A stretch of 64,000 bases of DNA, taken from the human T2T-CHM13v2.0 reference genome, Homo sapiens. The notes under the pieces are model-generated. The model ran no database searches, had not been told where the DNA came from, and saw only the letters and a program-made list of their open reading frames with translations. Every line of letters starts with the position of its first letter. Position 1 is the stretch's first letter. This document shows, one piece after another, positions 51,848 to 64,000 of the stretch. The DNA lies in assembly GCF_009914755.1 (NCBI RefSeq), contig NC_060933.1. One strand, 5' to 3'. The position numbers were made by a program, and so were the translations under genes.

Positions 51848-53053
51848 CAACATCCCTTCATGTTAAAAACCCTCAACAAATGAGGCATTGGAGGACATAC
51901 TTCAACATAGTAAGAGCCACCTATGACAAACCCACAGCCAGCATCATACTGAATGGGCAAAAGATGTGAAGCATTCCCCTTGAAAACTGGGACAAGACAG
52001 GGATACCCTCTCTCATTATTCCTACCCAACATAGTACTGGATGTCCTCGCCCGAGCAATCAGGCAAGAGAGAGAAATAAAAGGCATCTAAATAGGAGAAA
52101 AAGAGGTCAAACTGTCTCTGTTTGCAGATGATATGATTCTGTACCTACAAAACCCCATCGTCTCTGCCCAAAAGCTTCTCGATCTGATAATCTCAGCAAA
52201 GTTTCAGGATACAAAATTAATGTACAAAAATTAGTAGCATTCCTATATACCAACAACATGCAGGCTGAGAGCCAAATCAAGAATGCAATCCTATTCGCAA
52301 TGACCACAAAAAGAATAAACTACCTAGGAATACAGCTAACCAGGGAGGTGAATGATCTCTACAAGAAGAATTACAAAACACTGCTCAAAGAAATCATAGA
52401 TGACATACAAATGGAAAAACATTCCATAATCACGGATAGGAATAATAAATATGGTTTTTAACCATATTGGACCATACTGCCCAAAGCAATTTATAGATTC
52501 AATGCTATTCCTATCAAATCACCAATGGCATTCTTCAAAGAACCAGTAAAAACTATTTTAAAATTAATATAGAACCAAAAAAGAGCCTGAATAGCCAAGG
52601 GAATCCAAGGCAAAAAGAACAAATCTGGAGGCATTTCGTTAGCCAACTTCAACCTCTACTACAAGGCTATAGTAACCAAAATAGCATAGTACTGGTACAA
52701 AAACAGACACACAGACCAATGGAACAGAATAGAGCGCCCAGAAATAATGTCACACACTTAAAACCATTTGATCTTCAACAAAGTCGACAAAAACATGCAG
52801 TAGGGAAAGGACTCCCTATTCAATAAATGGTGCTGGGATAACTGGCTAACCATAAGCAGTTCCTAGACCCCTTCCTTACACCATATACAAAAATCAACTC
52901 AAGATGGATTAAAGAATAAAATGTAAAACGTGTCAGGTGCAGTGGCTCACGCCTATAATCCCAACACTTTGGGAGGGTGAGGTGGGAGGATAGCTTGAGC
53001 CTTGGAGTTTGAGACAAGCCTGGGCAACATAGCGAGACCTCGTCTCTACAAAC

Positions 53054-53099
<46 letters not shown>

Positions 53100-54385
53100 T
53101 AGCTGGATGTGGTGGCACGTGCCTGTAGTCCAGGCTAATCAGGAGGCTGAGGTGGGGGAACCTCTTAAAGCCTGGGAGGTTGAGGCTGTATCGTGTCATT
53201 GCACTCCAGCCTGGGCAACAGGTGAGACTGACTCTAAAGTCTCAAAAAAAAAAAAAAAAAAGTAAAGCCTATAACTACAAAAATCCTGGAAGATAACCTA
53301 GGAAATATAGGAAATGCCATTTTGGACACAGGACATGGCAAAAATTTCATGACAACGACACCGAAAACATTGCAACAAAAACAAAAGTTGACAAATGGGA
53401 CCTAATTAAACTAAAGGTTTCTGCACAGCAAAAGAAACTATCCACAGAGTAAACAGACAACCTACTGGAAGAAAATATTCACAAATTATGCATCTGACAA
53501 AGGTCTAATGTCTGGAATCTATAAGGAACTTAACAAGAAAGAAAAAAAACGTACCCCATTAAAAAACGGGCAAAGGACATGAACAGACACTTTTCAAAAG
53601 AAGACATACATGTGGCCAACAAGCATATGAAAAACTCCTCGGCATCACTAGTCATGAGATAAATGCAAATCGAAACCACAATGAGATACCATCTCACGCC
53701 AGTCAGAATTGCTATTATTTAAAAGGCGAAAAATAACAGGTGCTGGTAAAGCTGTGGAGAAAAGGGAGTGCTTATACACTGCTGGGGGAATTATACATTA
53801 GTTCAGCCATTGCAGCAAGCAGTTTCGTGATTTCTCAAAGAACTTAAAGCAGAGCTGCCACTCAACCCAGCAACCCCATTGAGTACACACCCAAAGGAAT
53901 AATAATCCTTCTACCATAAAGACACACAGACGTGCATGTTCATTCACAATAGCAATGACATAGAATCAACCTAAATACCCATCAACAGTAGCGTAAAGAA
54001 AATGTACATATATACCATGGAATACTATGTAGTCATAAAAAAAGATGAGATAATGTCATTTCTAGCAACATGGATGGAGCTGGAGGCCATTATCCAAAGT
54101 GAACTAACACAGGAACAGAAAACCAAATACCATGTATTCTGACTTAGGAGTGGGAGCTTAGTATTGAGTACCCATGACACAAAGAAGGGAACAATAGACA
54201 CCACAGCCTACTTGAGGGTGGAGGGTAGGAGGAGGGTGAAGATCGAAAAACTACCTACTAGGTACTATGCTCATTACCTGGGTGATGGAATAATCTGTAC
54301 CCCAAGCCCCCATTACATGCAATTTACCTATATAACAAACCTGCACATGTATACCTCTGAACCTAAAATAAGTTTAAAAAAAAAA
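51848..54385 (+). mobile_element. 5'-truncated L1PA15/16-like element (RT to 3' UTR) split by AluJ-like 52935-53261 with (AAT)n linker
   Basis: CTGTTTGCAGATGATATGATT (LFADDMI), ORF2 C-terminus, 3' UTR GAAAAACTACCTA...AACAAACCTGCACATGTA and A tail. Confidence 0.88.
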
Positions 54386-54942
54386 GAGAAGCAACACGTA
54401 TTTTCTGAAGGAAATGGGAATTATATATGAATATACATTGTCAAAGACTATAATGTTTGAGATTTTCTATTGCTTATTTCATTAGTTTCTTTCTGGACCT
54501 ATTCCATCTGGGCTAGCAGCTCTGAAAACAAAGTAGTGTGGATCAAACTCTGTCATCTGTTTCTGTCACACAGATTACAGCCCTCATCCTGAAGGAGGGA
54601 CAGATTTCAGTCCCATCCTAATAAAAAAAAAATCTCTGTTCTGTTTACTGTTTTTTTCTACTTGGTTTGGAAAAATTTTGTTAGAGGCAATTGTCGATAC
54701 CACATATGGCTGACAGCAGGTATAGGAGGTATCCTGGTACTCATACTTGGAAACCCTTAATTTGGCATCATCCTCAGCACATGAAATTTCTCAGATCACT
54801 AACAATCTTGGACCGATGATGATTCCTTAAGCCAACTTCGCTCTTCTGAAAAGGTTGGCAGGCATGTCTGCATTTTTCTGAGGACTCCTATGTTATCATC
54901 CACTCAAGATACACGAAGGCATTAACTAATTTTAAAAATCTT

Positions 54943-55253
54943 GGCCTGGCACAGTGGCTCATGTCTGTAATCCCAGAACTTTGGGAGGCCGAGGCAGTCA
55001 AATCACAAGGTCAGGAGATCGAGACCATCCTGGCAAACATGGTGAAAACCCCGTCTCTACTAAAAATACAAAAAATTAGCTAGATGTGATGGTGGGTGCC
55101 TGTAGTCCCAGCTACTCAGGAGGCTGAGGCAGGAGAATGGCGTGAACCGGGGGGGCAGAGCTTGCAGTGAGCCGAGATCGCGCCACTGCACTCCAGGCTG
55201 GGGGACACAGCGAGACTCCGCCTCAAAAAATAAAAATAAATAAATAAATAAAA
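54943..55253 (+). mobile_element. AluY-like, TSD AAAAATCTT
   Basis: Full Alu with flanking repeat. Confidence 0.9.
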
Positions 55254-55319
55254 ATCTTAAGCTCTTCAGTTTTACTTTGTGTCTGCTTAGAGGAAAAAAG
55301 CATCCAACTACAGATATAA

Positions 55320-55720
55320 ATGTATCCATTAATAAAAGGTAAATGGAGGCACAAAAGTTTATTTGAGCTAACAGTGATTCATGAATCACTGTTGAAGCAG
55401 CTTCAAATGGGAACTGGTTCAGGGACCCTTTCAAGGGAACAAAAAGGGACAGCTTCTGTAAGGTAAATATAGTAGCAAATTTTTCACTGGTTGTACTTAT
55501 ACAATTGCCTTATTTGGTTGATCCTGCTGGAAAGTCTCTAGTTATATAAGTTAATTGGCTTCTGATTGGTTAGCCTTAAGTTTGACTTTTTTTATTTTTA
55601 AAGACATTTACAAGAAATAGCTCAAGTTTTGCTTATATTGGTAAATCAAGCAAAGTTAACGCCACTTAAAAGGCTTTGTCTGGTCAGAGATACCTCAGGC
55701 CATTTTAATTTTCTTTAACA
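55320..55720. mobile_element. Possible old ERV1 LTR remnant (MER31-like)
   Basis: TGATTCATGAATC...TTGCCTTATTTGG...TTCTGATTGGTT...TTAACA; weak recognition. Confidence 0.35.
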
Positions 55721-56339
55721 ATTTAAATACACCTGTGTGCCAGAGGACAGCTCAGTGAAGTCTTTGAATGTCTGTGGCTGTATATTTGGAAAAGTATATA
55801 TTCTTTGCGAAATACCACAAATACTGATGAGGTAAAATGCAATGTACAGGACTGCATGTATATAACAAGTCTCTATTACTAGATCTATACTTCTGTTTAC
55901 ATACAATTTTTATTACTAAGAAAGGCTGAATATATTTACCTTTCCAGTAAGAATTACAAGTAATTAAGTTACCTCAGTAACACTTCAGTGTTTAGGTACA
56001 GTGCAAGTGGCTCTCTGTATCTGTGTCCAGCATGGAATTTCATACGTAGTTGAAAACTTTCTTACTCGAGAGTGAGTTTTCTTATCATATATGTGGTGAT
56101 ATGGGATGATAACAGAATGTTGTAATGTACAGGCATCCATGCCCCCAAGTGATAAGTTTTCTCACATGATTGTTTCTCTTAACTGTGGTTTCCAGATATA
56201 AAAGCTTAATCTTTGGATTCACAGGAGCATTCTAGAATACATAGCAGGGTTTTGCTGTTATTCCTAGTGGTTCTTTTAATTTAAAAAAATCCAAACTTCC
56301 TTTATAATCAAAAGATCCACTTGTTTCCATTTCTTTAGC

Positions 56340-56700
56340 TGTATGAGTTCTCATAGTCAGTTTGGGCTGCTATTAACAGAATCCCATGAACAGAGTGGCT
56401 TACACAACAAACAGTTATTTCTCTCAGTCTGGATGCTGGAAAGTCTAAGTCTGAGTTTGAGGCAAAGCAGATGCAGTGTCTGCTTCACAGACCACAGTGT
56501 TCGCCTTATAACTTCACATGGCAGGAAAGGCAAGGGAGTTCTCTTGGGCCTCTTTTATAAGGGCACTAATTCCATTCATTAGGGCTCCACCCTCCTGACT
56601 TAATTACCCTCCAAAGCCTCCTGACACCATGACTTTGGGGTCAGGATTTCAACATATGAATCTGGGGTGGGGAAGCAAACATTCAATACTTTGCACCAGT
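56340..56700 (-). mobile_element. MLT1A-like LTR
   Basis: GGGCTGCTATTAACAGAA...TCTTTTATAAGGGCACTAATTCCATTCAT...GGATTTCAACATATGAAT. Confidence 0.75.
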
Positions 56701-57267
56701 GTAACACCAATTATACTGGATTCATTTAATATGTTTGTCTCCTATTAATTAATATTTGTTTACATTGTCAATGTTTTGAAAGTACTTCATAATCAGTATA
56801 TTTCCTATTACGCCTTCTCCATGTAAAAAATATTTATCCATCTATCTATAAACTGAGCTGTGTACTAATAATGATTCAATAGTATAGATTTAGATGTAGA
56901 CTTAAATATATAAGTAATATTTTATGTAAGCCAATGACTTCAGACAGTACGATTTGTTTTGTTTTTATGAGCTAACTGTTAGAAGTATAAATGGATTTAT
57001 CTGTTGTAGAGATATGACTATGATATTGTTTGAAAGTTTCCACTTATTTACTACATGTAGCTCAAATATATTTTTCTTTTAATGTTAAATGAAAATATGA
57101 AGTTATTTAAACAGCAAGTAAACTTTCTGCAGATACTTATTTTTGTATTGGGAAGAAAAACTGATTAAATGTTTCATGTTTTTTATAAACTCAAAAGGTA
57201 TTAATTTCATGGCTAGAGATAAATTATTTCTTAGTATCAACTTGGTTTAAATTTGACTAGAGACTCA

Positions 57268-57495
<228 letters not shown>

Positions 57496-58346
57496 TCAGA
57501 GACAACTCTAAATTATGAGCTCTGTAAACACTTGAAAACAATTTGATTCAGATCACTGAATAAGTCAGAGAAGAGTGGTATTTACATGTTCATGTATCAC
57601 TGAAAAAAAAATTAACCACCTATCTTTAATTTAAAAATTTCATTTATTACGAAAATAACACATGAATAAAAATATTACTCTTTCTGAAGAATCACTGTAA
57701 CAAATTCTGGTAATTTGCTTAAAGTAACTAGAATTTAATTATCAAATATATACAGTAGGAGCCTTTACAATGGGATAAAAACAACACAGTTTGGTTTAAT
57801 CTTCAAATGCAAAACTTACTTGCTTTACTGAATCTAACAAAAACATTTTACAAGAATCAAGAAAGTGAGTTGATAAAAAATACGTCAAGAATGATTGTGA
57901 AAAGTTTTTTTTAGAAAAAGTTGACACATAATTGCACATACTTATGGGGTGTGACAGGATTTGAAATGGAAGATCACTGGATGTCTGGCTTACTGCACCT
58001 ATTAATTAAGGTAAACCCTGCTTTCACTGTCTGAGCTATTTTACAGCCCTGTAAATTGTAGAAAACTGATAGTAATGCAAAATGACTTGTACCCATAGAA
58101 ATACAAATGACTAGTGCCTGGCGAGGTGCAGTTGCTTACTGAACCATTTCATATCTGTCTGTAATTCATTTTGGCATTTCTTATCTGCCTGTATGTGTAG
58201 TACTTTGAATTATCCTCCGAACTGATTGTAACATCTTACTGGTTTCTTCATAGATTAGTTAAAATCTTTAACATATATTCGTGTGTTTCTGAATTAACAA
58301 ATTATGATTATAGATATAATTATACTGTCTTTTAAAAGTTATTATT

Positions 58347-58726
<380 letters not shown>

Positions 58727-59405
58727 TTATATATTTACACTCACATCCACATTATTTTATGATTCTTAGTAGTAATTATGAAATTAATCCTGTCAAATAA
58801 TTTGGTAACAAAATGAATTGTCTTTGATGGTAAAGTTAAATGTTAAGGTATTTAAAATCACTAGAGGTATTCTGTGCTTTCTTTTACCTGATAATATGTC
58901 AAAGATACATGCCAATAAATGGGCTAAAAATAAGATTAGCTTCATGAGGCCTATTAAATTAACTTTGCACTGAAGTTTAAAATTAGGCCAAGATTGAAAC
59001 TATTTCAGAAGTTACATATATCATAATAAACTTTAGACTAATAGAAATTTTCCTATAAAGTTAACATTTTACTTGATAGTCCTGGGAAACCTGTAAATTA
59101 TTAAAATGACTCTATGCTTCATTTATTTTTCTTCCTAACATGCATTTATGTGAAGTTAGTATATTATTACCATTTCAAATGTAGTACTTCTTAAAAATTA
59201 AACATTAACATTAATATTTTAGCTTTCCCTTTTAACCTTCAGTGATGTATGAAACAGAAACAGAAGTAGTAATAAAGTGTAAGGAAATAAATTATTCTTT
59301 AAAATCAACCAAGATTCTGGATGTCTTCAATGTAAAACTAGGCATTGTCTAAACACAATCTGGAGGATTATATGATTCTGCAGGTTTCTGTGCCTTTTAC
59401 CTTGA

Positions 59406-59716
<311 letters not shown>

Positions 59717-60739
59717 CCTTCTTTGAATTCTTTTACCACCCTGTGAATTGTAGAAAATTGAAAGCAGGCAAATGATTATTGTCCATAGACATGCAAATGA
59801 ATTTTGTCTGGCAGGAATACAATTGAACTTCTTCCTGGTTCCTCTACCCCATCCCATGGAATAAGCCAGTTTTACATTATACACAAAATCATTGCAGCAG
59901 TAACATCTTACTGATTCTCTCATAAACTAATGAGTTAAACAAAATCTTTGACATGTTCTTTTTATAACTGCAAAAAGTGCCCTCTTTAAGAATATCTTTT
60001 GACAAATAAAAGCAGATCTTTGTATAACTGTTTTCATGTCTATCATCCACATTTGTTTTATTTTTGTTTTCTATTAGGTTGTATTTGGCCTTTGGCCATA
60101 GTTTATGCACAAGAAAATCAGATACAGTAGAATCTATAAATATTTCAATGAGAAGTTACTAAATTAATTGCCCACAACATAGATGTTATTTTAAACACAT
60201 TTGATATGAAGATGATCTCTTGTTAACAACTACAACATTTTAACTGCAGAGGCAAAATATCACACTCACAAAGCCATGAGCTAAAGCAAAATCCTGATGA
60301 GATTTAAGAACTTTAATTATATTTAATTCTAGTTATTGTGCAACCCAGAACTGGATGAAGTGCTTGTTCAGCACTTCATTGAATCCAGAATATATGCAAC
60401 TCATCAGCAGTAAAACTGAACCAACTACTATAGGAAAAAAATTGAGGGCAGTCTTTGCAATGGGCAAAGGAGATTACTGGGTATCTTTTCAATGGAAAGA
60501 TTAGCTGATATTACGGGATTGTAAACCATCATCTTGGACTAGGTTACTTTACAGCTGTGTAGTGACAGAAGTTAACTTGCAGAACATTGATAATAATGCA
60601 AATAATGCTTGTCCATAGAGATGCAAAGTGTGTACAGGGAAGGGATTTGCCTTTCCCTTTGGATATTGACAAGTTTAGCTAGTCGGCATCTCTTTTCTGA
60701 CTATAAATGTGTGGTACTTCTTTAAACAGGCCTTACTGG

Positions 60740-61379
60740 TGTAAGGGTAAACACAAACCAAAACAAACAAAAGCTTTCTTAGTGCTAAAAGGGATACACA
60801 CTTTCATTCACTTTTTTTCCTTAGAGCATTTCTTTCAGAAAACTTGTAATTGTACATCTTTAAAATCTTAAAACAAAATCTTATTTAGCCTCTTTCTTGT
60901 TTCCAGGAGTGTTTTTCTTGAGGACCTTGGAGACATTTCTTTGAAATGTAAACACCAAGAAAGGCAGTGCTCCTATCTCCTTGTCTCCGTGGGAGTTTAA
61001 CGTAGGTGCCTGGCTCCAAGTTGCAACTACCCACTTGTCAAAGAGACATGGAGTTTAGTTTTCCTTTGCATAAAGGAGTGTGCCTCCCCAATCACCAGGT
61101 GAATGTAAGATGGGCTGTGTAGCAAACGGCGCTGTCAAGTCCTCTTACTTGAGGACAAGCTGTCCTTTATCTTTAGAACATGTATGTAATGGGTTGTATC
61201 TGCCTGGCTATATAAATGGATGAAATTTCTTTATCTTTGCAATCACATTAGCGATTGCCTGAAATGTACATCACAGTCTGGCTTAATACTTATTCCATAA
61301 TAAGATTATTTCATTTCTACCTTGTGAAACTGATTCACTATGTTGGTGGGCCATTTTATCTTTACTTATTTCCCTAACA
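60740..61379 (+). mobile_element. ERV1-class solo LTR (MER34/MER39-like), TSD CTGG
   Basis: TG...CA termini with 4-bp CTGG direct repeats; internal GAAATGTAAACA and TATATAAA (61210-61217). Family call tentative. Confidence 0.7.
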
Positions 61380-62706
61380 CTGGTTCTCTCATCAATGAGT
61401 TAAAGAAAATCTCTGACATGTGTTCATTCTGTATCTGTGTGTAGGTCACGATTTTAACCTTTCTTGGAAAAAATCTTATTCGTGAGGAAATGGAAACTAG
61501 GTTTGCATTTCTAAAAGATAAAAAATATACGTCCCCTCTGAATATCTGTTTTATCTCCCCTGAAACACCTGTGTGAGGTGGACATAGATTCTAACACCCA
61601 GGACTTGCCTGATTGTTCCAGAAGTACTGAGATAAGGCCCCGCCCTCTGAATTTCTTCACGGGTCTTGAAATCGTGCTTTTATACCACAACATTTAATAG
61701 CAGTATAGTCACGTGTGCCTCTTACAGCCAAAAGGAATCTTTTTTTGAGTATGATTACCCCCTGGTCTCAAGCAGAAGTCAGCCTCTTCGTCTGTGCCTT
61801 TTTCTTTTTCAGATTACGCTTTTTTTTTTTTTTTAAAGCCCCCATTTAGTTCCGATGCCAATTTAGGCACAATGTCAATTTAGGACCCAGTGCTCCTCCC
61901 ATCTGCAAATCCAAAATCATCAAAATCCAGCAGCTCTGTAGTTAACAAACTTGCCCACATCTGACTGCATGTGAGATTAGTTCCCATCTATTGTAACTCA
62001 GTCTGGCTTCATGGGATTTGAGCCCCTAACCTAGCATTTGCCCAACAAAAACAGGCCCTGATGGGGAGTGGGGATGTGAGGGCCTGTGTGTGGGGTGGGC
62101 ATTGTGCTAATAAAATCAGACTTCCTATTGTTCTCCCTGCAAAGGAGATCTGAGGTTTACCACTTCACAAGTGAAAACAGCTGAGGCTTAGGAGGCTTCG
62201 TGATTTACATTTCAGAAGGGCAGTAAGTGGAGGAGCTGAGATTCTTCCAGGGTGCCCAGCTATCCCAGAAAACGAATCAGCCATCAACGAAAGAATAAGA
62301 ACTCTTGGTATTTGCCGGGCATCTTTCCCTGTAAAGTGATAGTTATCAATTGCCTACTGTGTATAGAATATTTGTGCACAGACCCTGAGCGGCGGGGCGG
62401 AGAAGGGAAAGGAGGAGGAGGACAGGAGAGGAATGTGCCTCTAGGTATTGTCTGTTCCATGAGGTCCTGACCCTAGTTCTTTGGGATGGAGGCTGGTATA
62501 TGTTTGTCAGGAAATGGAGCTCAAGGATATTCCTTGTATATGGGAAGGTATGTCTGCAGAAATATGCATTTCATATTTCTCATACATAGTCATTTTGGTC
62601 AAAAGAACACTTTAGTGGCAGCGGGGTGTACCACACAGAACAGTCTAAAAGGAAACAGCAATCTGTTCCTCTAGTGGGGGCATGGAGCATCTCACTGCCT
62701 CACTCA

Positions 62707-63030
<324 letters not shown>

Positions 63031-63479
63031 CTATAAATAAAACAAAAGAGCACATTGAGCAGCCTTACAGGTGGTGCTTCTATCTAATTAAAGCCAGATT
63101 TTACGAAGACGTACAAGGCTTTTTATCAATCCAGGATTAGTCTGCCTGCTAAAGCTGAAATCTATAACATTTATCTTCTCTTTCAACATAAGTATTATTA
63201 TAATTGGGCACACATCCATGTGGCTTTCTGTGTGTGTGTGAGAAATTCTCCACTTCTCTACTTCTCAGCATTAGTAAAGGAGTCTCAATATAATTTTAGT
63301 TCAACAGGAGTTTAATCTATGCCAGCTATTTTCCAGGCCCTGTGCTAGCCCTGAGGATACAGCAAATAACAGGACATTTTCATACTCAGTCTTTCTCCTG
63401 AGCAACATTTGGTCTTCTCTACACAATCCTCAAAATCTCTTTTGAACCAGCTTACTATTTTACTGGTTCCCTCATTAAT

Positions 63480-64000
63480 GAATTGACTAAATCTTTGACA
63501 CATGCTTATTTGATATTTGTATGGGTCATATTTTTAGCTGTTGGAAAGTTATATTTGACAGCCTTTCAAATGGTTTTCAGATCTAATAGTTATATGCAAT
63601 GTTTGCATATAGTATTTTTAGCATGAAAACATTGATGTTTTTATATAGTCAATTATGTCTATATTGTATTTTACAGCTTCTGAGTTTCCAATCTTTGTTA
63701 AGAAAGTTTCATACTACCCTAGGTCCTACATACAATCTCATAGATTTTCTTTAAGATTGTTGTTTGTTTCTCATCCTCTTTAATTTACATATTCTTAGTG
63801 TGTATAAGATAGTGATCATGCTTATTTTCTGCCTTATGGACACTTGTTTGTTCCGGCAGAATTTCAGAAATAATTCATCCCTGTTCCACTGAATTGAGCC
63901 ACATTCCTTGTTACTAACAACTTTGCACATAAACTGGGATCTTTCTGAGATCTTGACTGTTCTACTGACTTCTCTGTTCCTATCCACTACCATACTGATT
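63480..64000 (-). mobile_element. Degraded L1M ORF2 fragment
   Basis: ORF 63751-63993 (IQWNRDELFLKFCRNK) resembles degraded [16 protein letters not shown] of ORF2p. Confidence 0.6.

Noticed and set aside
62080-62430. G-rich tracts and a GGGGCGG box in intron 8 as a promoter or G-quadruplex
   Set aside because: Isolated motifs without a CpG island; too common to support a call.

Overview
Primate (almost certainly human) genomic DNA. The window lies inside a contactin-associated protein-like 3 gene (CNTNAP3/Caspr3 family, chr9 segmental-duplication family) on the minus strand. Eight GT-AG exons (63030-62769, 57476-57333, 41374-41203, 35743-35637, 32035-31916, 24532-24329, 9657-9501, 685-558; 1294 nt) splice into one uninterrupted frame encoding laminin-G 2, EGF-like and fibrinogen-like domains. 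Numbering as exons 8-15 is from memory. The introns hold about 30 Alus, nested old L1s, L1PA fragments, solo LTRs, DNA-transposon MITEs and an antisense processed RBM17 (SPF45) pseudogene. The most unusual structure is in that pseudogene: its CDS is interrupted by a ~210-bp insertion that is an inverted copy of its own 3' flank, joined through a 17-bp fold-back. This is a template-switch scar that gives the host pre-mRNA a ~190-bp non-Alu stem. Other points of interest are two candidate intronic read-through routes to secreted isoforms, a CpG-island coding exon with an adjacent full CRE, several local templated duplications and one unidentified GC-rich segment. No prokaryotic-type system, CRISPR array or RNA gene is supported.
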